Positions 37,134 to 47,267 of a stretch of 64,000 nt of DNA are shown here, piece by piece. The translations under genes were made by a program, and so were the position numbers. The notes under the pieces are model-generated. The model was not told the origin of the DNA. It saw only the letters and a list, made by a program, of their open reading frames with translations, and made no database searches. The first letter of the stretch is position 1, and each line of letters opens with the position of its first letter. Source of the stretch: Flavobacteriales bacterium UBA7690 (lineage in GTDB: Bacteria > Bacteroidota > Bacteroidia > Flavobacteriales_F > PHOS-HE28); the NCBI GenBank assembly GCA_002482775.1, contig DLGQ01000079.1:29149-93148 (forward strand). Reading direction: 5' to 3'.

Positions 37134-38219
37134 TCACATCATCAGCTCGAAACCTTGCTCCCCCCGCACCTTCCCATTCACCAGCACCTCCACCAAATGC
37201 TCGCCCGCATAGTGCTTGCGCGTGCTGAAGTCCACGATGCGTTGGCGTTTGGTGATATCCAGTGAAGCCTTCGGACCAAGCTCCACCTCCTTCAACTTGA
37301 ACACTTTGCGCGAGGTGCCGCCGTTCGCTTTGCGGTAATGGATGGCGTAGTCGATCACCAGTTGCTGGCTGCGGGTGGCCTCAGAAACAACCGCGAATGT
37401 GATCTCCAGCGTATCACCGAGCTTCAATCGTGCCGGTGATAGGACAAGGCCATCCGCACGCACCTTCACCTTGCTGTCGAATGCGAAGAGTGCGAGCGCA
37501 TCCACGTTCCCTGCTTTGATCAAGGTGCGGCTGGCGTGTTTCGCGATCCATGCGGTGTGGGGATGCGCTCGGTCCCACTGGCGCAACACATCGATCATGT
37601 AGGTCGGATGGTCCTTGCTGAAGTCGTTGAGGTGATTGGCCACCGACTTGCGCACGTAGAGCGAATCGTCAGCGCGCAGGCGCTCCAATATCGGTGTGGT
37701 CAGTTTCGGGTCTTTCACCACAGCATCCAACCGGAACGACCACGGCAGTCGCGGTCTGCTGCCTTCGGAAGCCAAGCGACGCACATGTTCGTTGTCGTCC
37801 TCGGCCCAGGTTCGCATCACCTTCAATGTGCCCTTCACATCGCGACGGATGAACTCGCGGATGGCGAATTCCGAGGAACCATAGCTGGTGAAGTGCTTCA
37901 ATGCATCCAAGGAGAACGCAGGATCCTCGTGCCCGAATTGCCCGACGAGATCGGGGTAGAGAAGCGCTGTGTAGCCTTTCGGCATACGCGGTGCGAGATC
38001 TTTCAACACCTCGACAGCCTTGCGGAAGTCCGTGGGCAGGTGTGCACGAAGTGTGGTGCTCGCATGGCGCATCCGCGCGTTCAGTTCGCGTGCTTCGTTG
38101 CCGTGCTGCACGTCCTTCAAGAACGCCGCCCGCTTGAATTTCGGGTAAACGACTTCTGTCTCCTTGGCCAACCGCGTGAAGTACGCGGCGTTGAACATTT
38201 CCTTGAGCTGGTCCGACAT
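37134..38219 (-). CDS. DNA alkylation repair protein (AlkC/AlkD HEAT-like repeat glycosylase family) with a C-terminal beta-rich extension
   Basis: WAEDDNEHVRRLASEGSRPRLPW and DDSLYVRKSVANHLND are the HEAT-like repeat hallmarks. An extra roughly 115 aa follows at the C-terminus. Confidence 0.75.
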   Translation of the reverse strand: MSDQLKEMFNAAYFTRLAKETEVVYPKFKRAAFLKDVQHGNEARELNARMRHASTTLRAHLPTDFRKAVEVLKDLAPRMPKGYTALLYPDLVGQFGHEDPAFSLDALKHFTSYGSSEFAIREFIRRDVKGTLKVMRTWAEDDNEHVRRLASEGSRPRLPWSFRLDAVVKDPKLTTPILERLRADDSLYVRKSVANHLNDFSKDHPTYMIDVLRQWDRAHPHTAWIAKHASRTLIKAGNVDALALFAFDSKVKVRADGLVLSPARLKLGDTLEITFAVVSEATRSQQLVIDYAIHYRKANGGTSRKVFKLKEVELGPKASLDITKRQRIVDFSTRKHYAGEHLVEVLVNGKVRGEQGFELMM

Positions 38220-38258
38220 GGTCCGGTCTGATCGTGCGGCGAAGTTCGTACAAGGCGG

Positions 38259-41051
38259 CTATGAGCCCTTTCGATATCGTATCGCGATGTACAGCAAGAG
38301 GGGTACCAACAACCACCAGATCTCCGGCTCGCTCATCGCCGTGATGTCCTCCGTGTCGAGCGCTTGGTCCGCGTTGAGGACTTCGTTCTGTTTCTTCAGC
38401 AGGGCGTTGCGTTGGGCATCATCTTCCAAGCACATCCAGGCGGTCACCGGTGTCATCACTTGGGCTTGGAAACTGCCGCGGACCAGTTCGCGCCAGCGCG
38501 CTGTACCTCCCGATGGTTCCAATTGGTGCTTGCGCCATGCACCTTCGAGCAGGAGCGCATCCGTCCAGTTCCGTTCACTCATCGTATTGTCGAGATCCGG
38601 ACGTTCATTGTGTACAACGATGCTCGCGCCATCCAGAGGTAGGTAGGCCTGCGGTCGTTGCGGATCGGGCCACGCCAACACAGCCGGTCGCTCGAAGGTT
38701 TCCGGCTCGGTGTTCAATGTTCGTTCTGGTGCGCGGAAGGAGTGACGATCCACGGTGCCCGGCTCTTCCAGGTCGTAGAAGATGTCACCTTCTGGAATGC
38801 ACGTTGCGAGGTCGTCGAGGTCATCCAGCCAAATGCCAAGGCCGCCGGAATAGGAGGGAACACTCGGGACGAAGATGATCATCGGGGTGCTTCCTTCGGG
38901 TGCGCCACAGGTTTCGGTGATGATGCTACGGACCGCACGATCGCTGAAGAAACCGCCATGCCCCGCGTGGGTCAGGAAACGTTGCGCTCCATCTTCTGTC
39001 CAGAGATAGGCCTCATGGTACGCGTCAGAAATGTGTACCGTGGCCGTTGATGGGTCGATCCGGTATTCGCTTAGGAAGCCGTCGATCAAGCGTACGATGC
39101 CTTCGCGATGACCGCGCTGTTCCTCGGTGCCATCCACGATGAAGTGGTACGCTTTGGTGCGCTGGACCGGCTTCAACGTGCGTTTCACGGATGCGCTGAT
39201 GTAGGTGGTACTACCGTCTTCGGTACTGATGGGTGTGTTGATAGCGGGTCGTGAAGTATCGCCCAACGCCAACGTACTACTGTCCAGGGCCAACAGGAAT
39301 GGTTCTTTATGAAGTACCTCGAACCCTGCCTGCCGGACTTCATCCTGAGCGAAGGGGAATACCCGGACCTGCACTTTTCCGGGTGCGAGGTACCGCGTGA
39401 TCGACGGGTCGCGACGCACGTTCACGATCTGCCTGTACACCCATTCAGCCGCTTTCTTCTCGGCGAGGATGCCCTTCACGCGTTCGCCTTCGATCATCAA
39501 GTATTCATCGCTGATCCACGCGCCGTCGGGTAGGTTGAACGTAGTGACGTATTCACCCTGTTGCTGGTCGTGGTGGCTCATCGTAAGGTCAATCCACGTG
39601 CGCCATGCCTGTTGCTCTTCATCGTAGGTGGATGTGGTGGTAGCCGTATCCAGCACTGCGCTTGCCGGAACGTTGCGCCAATTGTTCCGCTCCTCTTCGT
39701 GCGGGTGTTCGTTGAGGAAGATGGTCCGCAGGTCCGTAACGCGATCGGCACTCAATGTGAGGTTGTCAAGGACGATACGGTTGTAGTACGGCGTGAGGAA
39801 TGGCGTTTGCCCCGATGACCGTCGGCTTTTGTTGGCCTCCACGTGATCGAGCACGGTTTTGATCGCGTTGGCATCCAGCGGAGATCGCTTCTGGACAGAT
39901 GGATCCGCGTGGTACACATGCTCCAGTGCTTCGTGCAGCACGTTCCGGTGCCACATGTACTTGGCCGTGATGATCAACGGTAGTGCGGCGAAGGCTGCTA
40001 GGAAAACGACCACCAGTGATCTGCGCGAACGATGAGCGGTGAGGAAGCGTGCATCATTCAACAACAGGCTGCCTTGCACGGCGAACAGCATGATGGGCGC
40101 CAGCAGCAGGAACCCGATACCGACTGCGATGACCGCGACGATGCTGAGCGGAAGGAAGGGAAGGAAGAGCAGGAAGAAGTAGCTGACGTAGCTGAAGCCC
40201 GCCGCCCGCAAGATGAATTGCGCCAAACGCGTGGGAACGTGCTGACTGGATGGCCAGATGACGACAAGGCCGTTGAGCACGGCGACGACATAGAAGCCCC
40301 AATGGTGCAGGTCGCCCACAACTCCGCTTGCTTCGGAGAAGCCGGTAAGACCATTGTTCACGGCCAGGCCGGCGAGCGGGAAGATCAACGCGATGATCAG
40401 GCGAAGAAGCAGACCAACTTCCTCGGAGGCTGGACCTTTCCGCAAGGTCAGCGCTGCTATGCCACGCAGGATGAAGAACAGGAAGGCGAGCACCAACGTT
40501 ATGAAGATCACCACCCACGCGTGCCGCTCGAAGTCCACATCCAAACGCCACGGTTCGATCACCTGGACAAAGAGGTAGCAGGCGATCGGTATGGCCACCG
40601 CGATCCCGATGTCGCGCAGGGGTGTGCCGCGTTCGTTGCGTTGCAAGGTGACGATCACCAAGACGAACAAAGCGTGGGCGAGCGGAACGGCAAGCAGGCG
40701 CAGGGCATAGAACTCGGCATCTTGCGAAACCATCCAGCGCGGCACTTCCCACGGCAACAGTTCGCGCAGGTCGTTCATGAAACCGTACAGCAGCGGGATG
40801 TACGTGAGGAAGATGAACAGGCTGTACCCGAAGTGGATCGTCTTTCCTTGGCGTAGTAGCACGAGCGCGTAGATGGCGCTGATCAGTGTGATGGCCCCGA
40901 GCATTCCGCCGTACGCCAACCATTGTGCAAGCGCTTCGGCGTTCAGCAAGGGATGCACCACCGAGAGCATGCCTGCATAGAGCACGGCCAGCAATGTGGC
41001 CGGCACGGTATGGCCGAGTAGAATGCCCCAAGGGCTAAGTGGTGTGCGCAT
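38259..41051 (-). CDS. MSEP-CTERM sorting-domain protein (multi-TM N-terminus and a large extracytoplasmic region)
   Basis: The C-terminus reads ...AMSEPEIWWLLVPLLLYIAIRYRKGS (MSEP motif, TM helix, basic tail). The first roughly 380 aa are polytopic. The start was trimmed to the ATG at 41051. Confidence 0.8.
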   Translation of the reverse strand: MRTPLSPWGILLGHTVPATLLAVLYAGMLSVVHPLLNAEALAQWLAYGGMLGAITLISAIYALVLLRQGKTIHFGYSLFIFLTYIPLLYGFMNDLRELLPWEVPRWMVSQDAEFYALRLLAVPLAHALFVLVIVTLQRNERGTPLRDIGIAVAIPIACYLFVQVIEPWRLDVDFERHAWVVIFITLVLAFLFFILRGIAALTLRKGPASEEVGLLLRLIIALIFPLAGLAVNNGLTGFSEASGVVGDLHHWGFYVVAVLNGLVVIWPSSQHVPTRLAQFILRAAGFSYVSYFFLLFLPFLPLSIVAVIAVGIGFLLLAPIMLFAVQGSLLLNDARFLTAHRSRRSLVVVFLAAFAALPLIITAKYMWHRNVLHEALEHVYHADPSVQKRSPLDANAIKTVLDHVEANKSRRSSGQTPFLTPYYNRIVLDNLTLSADRVTDLRTIFLNEHPHEEERNNWRNVPASAVLDTATTTSTYDEEQQAWRTWIDLTMSHHDQQQGEYVTTFNLPDGAWISDEYLMIEGERVKGILAEKKAAEWVYRQIVNVRRDPSITRYLAPGKVQVRVFPFAQDEVRQAGFEVLHKEPFLLALDSSTLALGDTSRPAINTPISTEDGSTTYISASVKRTLKPVQRTKAYHFIVDGTEEQRGHREGIVRLIDGFLSEYRIDPSTATVHISDAYHEAYLWTEDGAQRFLTHAGHGGFFSDRAVRSIITETCGAPEGSTPMIIFVPSVPSYSGGLGIWLDDLDDLATCIPEGDIFYDLEEPGTVDRHSFRAPERTLNTEPETFERPAVLAWPDPQRPQAYLPLDGASIVVHNERPDLDNTMSERNWTDALLLEGAWRKHQLEPSGGTARWRELVRGSFQAQVMTPVTAWMCLEDDAQRNALLKKQNEVLNADQALDTEDITAMSEPEIWWLLVPLLLYIAIRYRKGS

Positions 41052-41559
41052 CGTGGTGGTGGGGTAGTAGACGGTCGAATGCGAGACTCGCGAGCAGGAG
41101 GGAAGCGAGGAAGAAGAACGCACCCAGCGCTTCGTGCAGTGTGGCGTTGAGGTGCAGGTCGAATTTCTCCAGTTGCACCATCAAGAGGATGCGGCCCGTG
41201 TTGGCCAGGATGGTGAGCGCCCATGCACCGAGAACGATCACCGTGGCGATGATCGACCGTGCGCAACCGCTATCGATGCGGCGCAGCCAGAGGAAGGTGA
41301 ACGATGCCGTGGCGATGATCAGGAAGTTGATCCCCGAACACGAGCGGTCGATCAGGATCCCCAAGTCAACGAAGAGATGACCTTGACCTGGAATGAAGGT
41401 GCTGGGCGCCCCGGTGAACGCATGGATCAACCTGGTTACCGGCGTGAGCACGAACCCCAACTGGTCCACCGTGGCGCTGCGGTACCACCATTTCAACGCG
41501 AAAGCAGCCGCCAGGAGCAGCACGCCCAGGATGATGGTCTTTCGCTTGTCGGTGGGCAT
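41035..41559 (-). CDS. xrtK: Short exosortase (XrtK-like, partner of MSEP-CTERM)
   Basis: 174 aa from the ATG at 41559. Exosortase catalytic-type motifs IDRSCSGINF (Cys), LANTGRIL (Arg) and LHEALG (His). It overlaps the cargo gene start by 17 nt. Confidence 0.75.
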   Translation of the reverse strand: MPTDKRKTIILGVLLLAAAFALKWWYRSATVDQLGFVLTPVTRLIHAFTGAPSTFIPGQGHLFVDLGILIDRSCSGINFLIIATASFTFLWLRRIDSGCARSIIATVIVLGAWALTILANTGRILLMVQLEKFDLHLNATLHEALGAFFFLASLLLASLAFDRLLPHHHDAHTT

Positions 41560-41644
41560 TGGGGCACTTGCGTGAACGATGGCACAGAACGATCGGTATG
41601 GTCGGCGACCAAAGGAGTTGTGAAAAGATCGGAAAATGAAGCCC

Positions 41645-42148
41645 CTAGCTGGGCCGTACGAAACGATAGACCAGCGCATCCGTGAAATGGCCGCACACAT
41701 CTTTCTTCCACAGCACACCGCCGTTCTTTTCCGCCACACGTCGGCTGCCGATGTTCTCCCGGGCGATCTTCGACAGGACGAACGGAAGCCGGCGCGTAGT
41801 GAACGCCAGTTCCAACAACGCCGCAACGGTCTCACTGGCGTAACCCTTGCCCCACTGTTCGCGAAGCAAGCGGTAACCCATCAATACATCACAGTCCGGC
41901 TGCTTACGCAAACTGCATCGACCGATCCAGGTGCCATCCCTCAACGTGATCGCCCACCGACCGACGCCTAGTGGAAGCTCCCGCGCGATGTTGAGGATCC
42001 ATTGTTCCGCTGCCCGTGGATCCGCGAACGGAACGTCATGCACGTACTTCAACACTTCGGCATCCTGGTTCAACAGGAAGATGTGGGACGCATCCTTGGG
42101 TTCGAGCGGCCGAAGTACGAGACGTTCCGTGTTGAAGGTCAGGGACAT
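41645..42148 (-). CDS. GNAT family N-acetyltransferase (RimJ/RimL-like)
   Basis: LVLRPLEPKD at the N-terminus and the acetyl-CoA motif WGKGYASETVAALLELAF. Confidence 0.85.
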   Translation of the reverse strand: MSLTFNTERLVLRPLEPKDASHIFLLNQDAEVLKYVHDVPFADPRAAEQWILNIARELPLGVGRWAITLRDGTWIGRCSLRKQPDCDVLMGYRLLREQWGKGYASETVAALLELAFTTRRLPFVLSKIARENIGSRRVAEKNGGVLWKKDVCGHFTDALVYRFVRPS

Positions 42149-42258
42149 GCTACAAAGGTGTCATCAACGCCCAATAGTTCCCAATTCGCCCGATCGGGGG
42201 ATGGAAGCCCATGCTGCGGAATGTACTTTTGCAGCCGTTCAAAGGAACCTGCTCTCAC

Positions 42259-43332
42259 ATGGCCCAAACCACTTTTGCCAAGACCCCACCCGTCTTCTTC
42301 CAACGGGTGCGGGAAGTCACCGAGGCGTACTTCAAAGAGAACAACCTGAAGAAGACCGGCGATGCACGGCTTTATTGGAAGACCGGCATCCTGCTCACCG
42401 CCCTCGTGGGTCTCTATGTCACCTTGGTGTTCTTCACCCCGGCCTCAGTATGGCTTTCGCTCGGCCTGTGCGCGTTGCTCGGGCTGGTGGTGGCCAGTAT
42501 CGGCTTCAATGTGATGCATGATGGTGCTCACGGCAGTTACAGCAGCCGCAAATGGGTGAACGAGATCATGGGCCATTCCCTTAACCTGCTCGGCGGTAGT
42601 GTGTACCTGTGGAAGCTGAAGCACAACGAGAACCACCACACCTTCACCAACGTGGAGGGCATGGATGATGACATCGACATCAAACCGTGGATGCGCGTGC
42701 ATGCCGACCAGCCGAAGCATTGGTTCCACCGCTTCCAACACATCTATGGGTTGCTGCTCTACGGGCTCACCTACTTGTTCTGGGTGTTCTACAACGACCT
42801 GAAGAAGTACTTCAGTGGCAAGATCGCCGACCATACCAAGATGAAGCCGATGAGCATGAAGGAGCACATCATCTTCTGGGTGACCAAGGTGAGCTACGTC
42901 GCCATCTTCCTCGTGCTGCCCATGTTCTTCGCCGGTGTGGTGCCCACGATCGTCGGCTACGGCGTCATGGTGTTCGTTACCGGCGTGTTCATCGCGGTCG
43001 TGTTCCAACTCGCCCACGTGGTGGAGGATACCGACTTCGTACACCCGCCTACCGATGGCTCGCACATCGAGAGCGAATGGGCCGTTCATCAGGTGAACAC
43101 CACGGTGAATTTCGCCACGCAGAACAAGGTGTGGAACTGGCTTTTCGGTGGATTGAATTTCCAAGTGGAGCACCATCTCTTCCCGCGGATCAGTCACGTG
43201 CATTACCCGGAGATCAACAAGCGACTGAAACAGGTGTGCGCGGAGTTCGGCGTTACCTACCGCGAGTTCCCCACGTTGCGCAGTGCATTGTGGTCGCACT
43301 TGGCCTACCTGCGCCAAGTGGGCGTGGCCTAA
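42259..43332 (+). CDS. Membrane fatty-acid desaturase
   Basis: Three His boxes: HDGAHGS, HNENHH and QVEHHLFP. An alternative ATG lies at 42211. Confidence 0.85.
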   Translation: MAQTTFAKTPPVFFQRVREVTEAYFKENNLKKTGDARLYWKTGILLTALVGLYVTLVFFTPASVWLSLGLCALLGLVVASIGFNVMHDGAHGSYSSRKWVNEIMGHSLNLLGGSVYLWKLKHNENHHTFTNVEGMDDDIDIKPWMRVHADQPKHWFHRFQHIYGLLLYGLTYLFWVFYNDLKKYFSGKIADHTKMKPMSMKEHIIFWVTKVSYVAIFLVLPMFFAGVVPTIVGYGVMVFVTGVFIAVVFQLAHVVEDTDFVHPPTDGSHIESEWAVHQVNTTVNFATQNKVWNWLFGGLNFQVEHHLFPRISHVHYPEINKRLKQVCAEFGVTYREFPTLRSALWSHLAYLRQVGVA

Positions 43333-43336
43333 GCGT

Positions 43337-45400
43337 TCAGTGTTGTAAGCGGCGTGTGAACACCTCGCCGTTCGCCGAGCGCAGGTGCAGCACATAGATC
43401 CCTGGTGAAAGGTGCGCGGGAAGTTCGATGCGTTGAAGCCCTCGTGAGAGCTGACGTTGCACTACGAAGACCAGTTTTCCGCGTGCATCGACAAGGCTGA
43501 GGTGGTAGTTGACTCCTTTCGGGTCATCGATCATCACATGGTCGGTGAAGGAGGTTGGGAAAACGCGAATACCGGCTGTTCCTGCCACATCCTTCAAACC
43601 CACCGTGCATACACCCGGCAGGTTCGCATCCATCCATGACCATCGCGCGGCGGCCCAATCCTTCAACTCGTCGATCTCGCCAGCGTATGTGCTTGGTATC
43701 GGCGATGGATTGGGCCAAACGTAGGTGCCCAGTATCGGCCAAACAGTGAAGTTCCGCTCTTGGGCGGTGGCCAATAACAACGCCACCGAATCGCAGAACT
43801 GATCGATGTTCGGCGGTGAGAGCACCGTGACGCGAAGCTCGTTCCAACGACAACGCAGCGCTTCCACGAACTGCGGATCATCCAACATACGCGACCACCA
43901 GAACGGTACCTGGGCGCCATCGCCGCCGCACACTTCGCCGAAGTCGAAGGACCACCCTTCAATGTCGGATCCAGCGCAATAGTCCGCGTTGCCCCAAGCG
44001 ATGTCGTAGTCCCACGCAGGACCAGCATGAAGCAGACCGCCGTTGATGTTCTTGTCCTTGTAGAGGTAGCTGCTCAGGCGGTAGCCGTCCACGTTGCGGC
44101 TGATCTCGTTGAGCAACAAGAGGTCGATGAACGAGGAGGCATCGGCGAAGGCGCGGTATCCGGTGAAAGGGTCCGAGAATTGGCTGCCGTCCAACGCGGT
44201 TTCGAAGGAATCGATGTACGCGCGTATGTAGGTGCTTTGCTCCTCCATGATGTCATCCGCCTTCGGATAGCGGTAACGCAGGAAGATGTCTTGACCGTTC
44301 TCTGAAGGGAAGGCGGAATTGAATCCATCCGGCCCCGACTCGTTACGATCCACACTGACGATGTAGCCACCGGTGAGTTCGTCCCCGGCGATGTCTTCGG
44401 GCCGCAGCCGAGCGATGTCAACACGTCCTGGCCCTTGTTTGATGCGCTCCATCAATACGTAGACCCCCAAGTACGTGCCGTTGATGATCACTTCCACATG
44501 GCGGGTACGTGGTGCGTAGCGGCCCATCTGGCGTGCGAGATGGAAGGTGAGCGCATTGTTCAAGAAGGACTTGTCGAAGTAGTTCGCCGAGAGGATCCAA
44601 TCCGCTTCCGCTGGCATGCCAAGAATTTCAGCGGCCAGGTCGGCGCCCTCGAAGTCGCGCAGTTCCACGTCGTAGGACTTCTTCGGCGATAGGTTTTGCG
44701 AACTGTTGCCGCGCAGTTCGATGCCGATGTATCCCTCGTATCCATTGAAGGGATCGTTCGGGTGGTTCAGCGCGCCTACATTATCCACGATGCCCATGGT
44801 TCCGGTGATCTTCTCGCCATCGGGGATCTGCTGGTCATCGGTGTCGATCACTAATAGCGGCAGGTCGCACGCGGTGAAAAGGAAATAGTCCGCCGGTTGA
44901 TCGCCGAAGGTGATGCTCCACGTGATCACGCTGCCATCATCGGCGAAGGCATAGGTGTCGTACACACGCAAAAGCCAAGTGCCATTGCCATTCTGCCCAT
45001 TGTTCACCGCGCCCATCTGGCCTTGCGGACGGAAGGTGCCGGTGTAGGGCGATGACGCAGAGAGTATCGACGTGGATGCGTCCGCGCTGAAACAGGTGTT
45101 CGCGTAGTCGTCGGTGTCGCCACCTTGGTTCGCTACCAACAGGCCAACAGTTCCGTCCGGCGCTACGATGCTCACCTCCAAGTCGCTGATCCATGCATGT
45201 TCGATGGTGATGCAGATCTGCTCCAAGCCGTAGTCGCTGGTGTCGATCGCATCCGCAAGGCCACTGACCTGCAACGGTATCTCCAGGACATCACCGTTGT
45301 CCGGTATCGATGCACCTGAGCCGGTGTATACCTGCGCAGCGAGTAGAATGGGAAGGAGCGCGCCCAGAAAGAACGCGCTCCTCCAGATGGATCCGATCAT
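43337..45400 (-). CDS. CotH-family protein with an N-terminal proprotein-convertase P-domain and a T9SS type-A C-terminal domain
   Basis: P-domain pattern (ITIEHAWISDLEVSIVAPDGTVGLL...GTWLLRVYD), a central CotH region and the C-terminal tail ...LSPGIYVLHLRSANGEVFTRRLQH. The start is the ATG at 45400 (the track start is TTG). Confidence 0.8.
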   Translation of the reverse strand: MIGSIWRSAFFLGALLPILLAAQVYTGSGASIPDNGDVLEIPLQVSGLADAIDTSDYGLEQICITIEHAWISDLEVSIVAPDGTVGLLVANQGGDTDDYANTCFSADASTSILSASSPYTGTFRPQGQMGAVNNGQNGNGTWLLRVYDTYAFADDGSVITWSITFGDQPADYFLFTACDLPLLVIDTDDQQIPDGEKITGTMGIVDNVGALNHPNDPFNGYEGYIGIELRGNSSQNLSPKKSYDVELRDFEGADLAAEILGMPAEADWILSANYFDKSFLNNALTFHLARQMGRYAPRTRHVEVIINGTYLGVYVLMERIKQGPGRVDIARLRPEDIAGDELTGGYIVSVDRNESGPDGFNSAFPSENGQDIFLRYRYPKADDIMEEQSTYIRAYIDSFETALDGSQFSDPFTGYRAFADASSFIDLLLLNEISRNVDGYRLSSYLYKDKNINGGLLHAGPAWDYDIAWGNADYCAGSDIEGWSFDFGEVCGGDGAQVPFWWSRMLDDPQFVEALRCRWNELRVTVLSPPNIDQFCDSVALLLATAQERNFTVWPILGTYVWPNPSPIPSTYAGEIDELKDWAAARWSWMDANLPGVCTVGLKDVAGTAGIRVFPTSFTDHVMIDDPKGVNYHLSLVDARGKLVFVVQRQLSRGLQRIELPAHLSPGIYVLHLRSANGEVFTRRLQH

Positions 45401-45454
45401 GGAAGGCGACAAGGTGACGGCAAGGTAAACGTTGCCGGTCGCCGATGTTAATTC

Positions 45455-47113
45455 TCACTCCAGCATCACCGGCATGTCCTTGGGGTGCTTCACGGTGTAG
45501 GTGAACCCGAGTTTCTTGGTCTCCTTGGAAGCAACGGTCATGTTCCACGTGAGGATTCCGGTGTTCTCGTTCACCACGGCACCGCCTTTATCCGTGAGCT
45601 TCACTTCGATCTCGCTCTGCGGGCTCAACGGATATTGGTCACGGATCTCCAGGTCCACACTGGTGGCTTTGGTGTTGCGTACCGTAAGGTCCCACCCGAT
45701 CGCCATGGTGCGGCTTCCGCCGATGGCGGCTTTGTCATTCGTGCTCTTGCGCTTCACGCGTTCAACCACCACGCCTTTGTCACGGCCAAGCGAGATGTCC
45801 ATGGTGTCCTTCGGCACATCCAACTGCAAGTAGCTCTGGCCTACGAAGGTGCCTTCGAAGAACACGTTCGCTTCACCGGAAAGTAGGTTCAGGTCCTCCC
45901 AACCCGTGGTGCGTGCGTAGAGGAAGGCGTCCTTGTCCAGCTTCGGTGTTGCGTAGTGTTTGTAGGTGGCGTTGATGCTGTGGCTGTTCACACCCACCAT
46001 GTGCGGGATACCATCGGCGGGTACGGAGAACGGTGCGTCGATGCTGAATTCTACAGTGGTGGTGCGGTAGTTCGCGGTGTTGTTCACGACCGTAGTGGCT
46101 TCCATTTCCTCGTAATACTTCCCTTGGTCAGCCGTGGCTTTTTCCGCCATACTGGGTGCCGGGGCCATCGGTTTCTTGTATCGGCGTGCCGCTGTCTCGA
46201 TCTCGTGCAGGATCTGCGGCCGATGGAGCGTCCATGGGTTCAGTGTAGGCATCACACCGCCGAGCGTGGGGTTGCCACTGCTCAAGCTCAGGTCCACCTT
46301 GTTCCAATCTTCGCCGGTAGCGTTCACTACTTGTGCTTTCATCAACAGTTCAATGGGCTGTCCAACGGCTTTGGCACGCAGGTCGTAAGCAGGTGTCCAC
46401 CCAGCGTTGCCGATGAAGTAGCTCAAGGTGAACGTCGCGCTCACTTCGGCCGGACTGTTGATCTCCACCACGATCTCGCTGGTGGGGCGCGGTGCCTGCG
46501 ACTGGAATTGGGCGAGTTGCTGCCGCAGTTTTTCCGCTTCTTCATGCAAGGCCGCTAGTTTCTCCTGTTGCGCGAGCCAGTTGGTCTTGGTCACCTTCAA
46601 GCGTTCGCGTACATAATCGTTCACCGCCGTGAGCTGCGCTGCGGTCAACCCGTTCTGCTGCCCGCCGATGCTGCTGTTCTTGTTCAAGAGCTGTTCCTCG
46701 TTGGCCCATACGTCTTGCATGGCTTTCTCGAATGCCCAATCCTTTTCCAACTTTTTGATCCGCACCTGCAGGTCTTCGATCTCCTTCTTTTTCGGGCTCT
46801 CGCTGAGGTAGTTCACCCGGTGGTTCACACTGAGGATACTGTACCCGCCCTTGCCCGTTACCTGTATGCTCTGTGGATCGATGCCTTGCGCTATGCCGGT
46901 GAAGACAAGGATGCTCGGGCCTGCCGGGATGGTGCTGCTCGCGCTCCGGCTCACCTGGGCTCCGCTGAGGAAGACCTTGGCGGATGAGACTTTGCTGGTG
47001 ATGGCTTTCTCGCCTTCGGCCAGCGGTGCCGCGGTGATGGAAAGGGTGAGGAGCCCATTGAGGAGGGCCGGAGCGATGCGCTTGAAAGCGCTGGGGAACA
47101 GGAAGGTGTGCAT
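45455..47113 (-). CDS. DUF4139/DUF4140 (MuiA-like) domain protein
   Basis: Signal peptide from the ATG at 47113. N-terminal pattern KVSSAKVFLSGAQVSR, a central coiled coil and a C-terminal beta-rich region typical of this family. Confidence 0.7.
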   Translation of the reverse strand: MHTFLFPSAFKRIAPALLNGLLTLSITAAPLAEGEKAITSKVSSAKVFLSGAQVSRSASSTIPAGPSILVFTGIAQGIDPQSIQVTGKGGYSILSVNHRVNYLSESPKKKEIEDLQVRIKKLEKDWAFEKAMQDVWANEEQLLNKNSSIGGQQNGLTAAQLTAVNDYVRERLKVTKTNWLAQQEKLAALHEEAEKLRQQLAQFQSQAPRPTSEIVVEINSPAEVSATFTLSYFIGNAGWTPAYDLRAKAVGQPIELLMKAQVVNATGEDWNKVDLSLSSGNPTLGGVMPTLNPWTLHRPQILHEIETAARRYKKPMAPAPSMAEKATADQGKYYEEMEATTVVNNTANYRTTTVEFSIDAPFSVPADGIPHMVGVNSHSINATYKHYATPKLDKDAFLYARTTGWEDLNLLSGEANVFFEGTFVGQSYLQLDVPKDTMDISLGRDKGVVVERVKRKSTNDKAAIGGSRTMAIGWDLTVRNTKATSVDLEIRDQYPLSPQSEIEVKLTDKGGAVVNENTGILTWNMTVASKETKKLGFTYTVKHPKDMPVMLE

Positions 47114-47219
47114 GGCAGCGTTGATGTGGTGAAGGTAGCCGTGCTGACAACTACCATGCCTCCGTACACACGACCGGGTGAAAGGTTCGATCACCGAACG
47201 ATGCACTTGTACCAAATAC

Positions 47220-47249
47220 AGGAACGGCGCCCTTGCGAGCGCCGTTCCT
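47220..47249 (-). terminator. Hairpin terminator downstream of the 1323-aa T9SS gene
   Basis: Stem AGGAACGGCGC / GCGCCGTTCCT of 10-11 bp with an 8-nt loop, 19 nt after the stop. A T-rich run follows on the minus strand. Confidence 0.55.
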
Positions 47250-47267
47250 TTCATAAAGTGGTATTGC

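Noticed and set aside
40032-41031. 274-aa plus-strand and 325-aa minus-strand ORFs inside the MSEP-CTERM gene
   Set aside because: These are alternative-frame artefacts. The accepted frame gives coherent TM helices and the C-terminal sorting motif.
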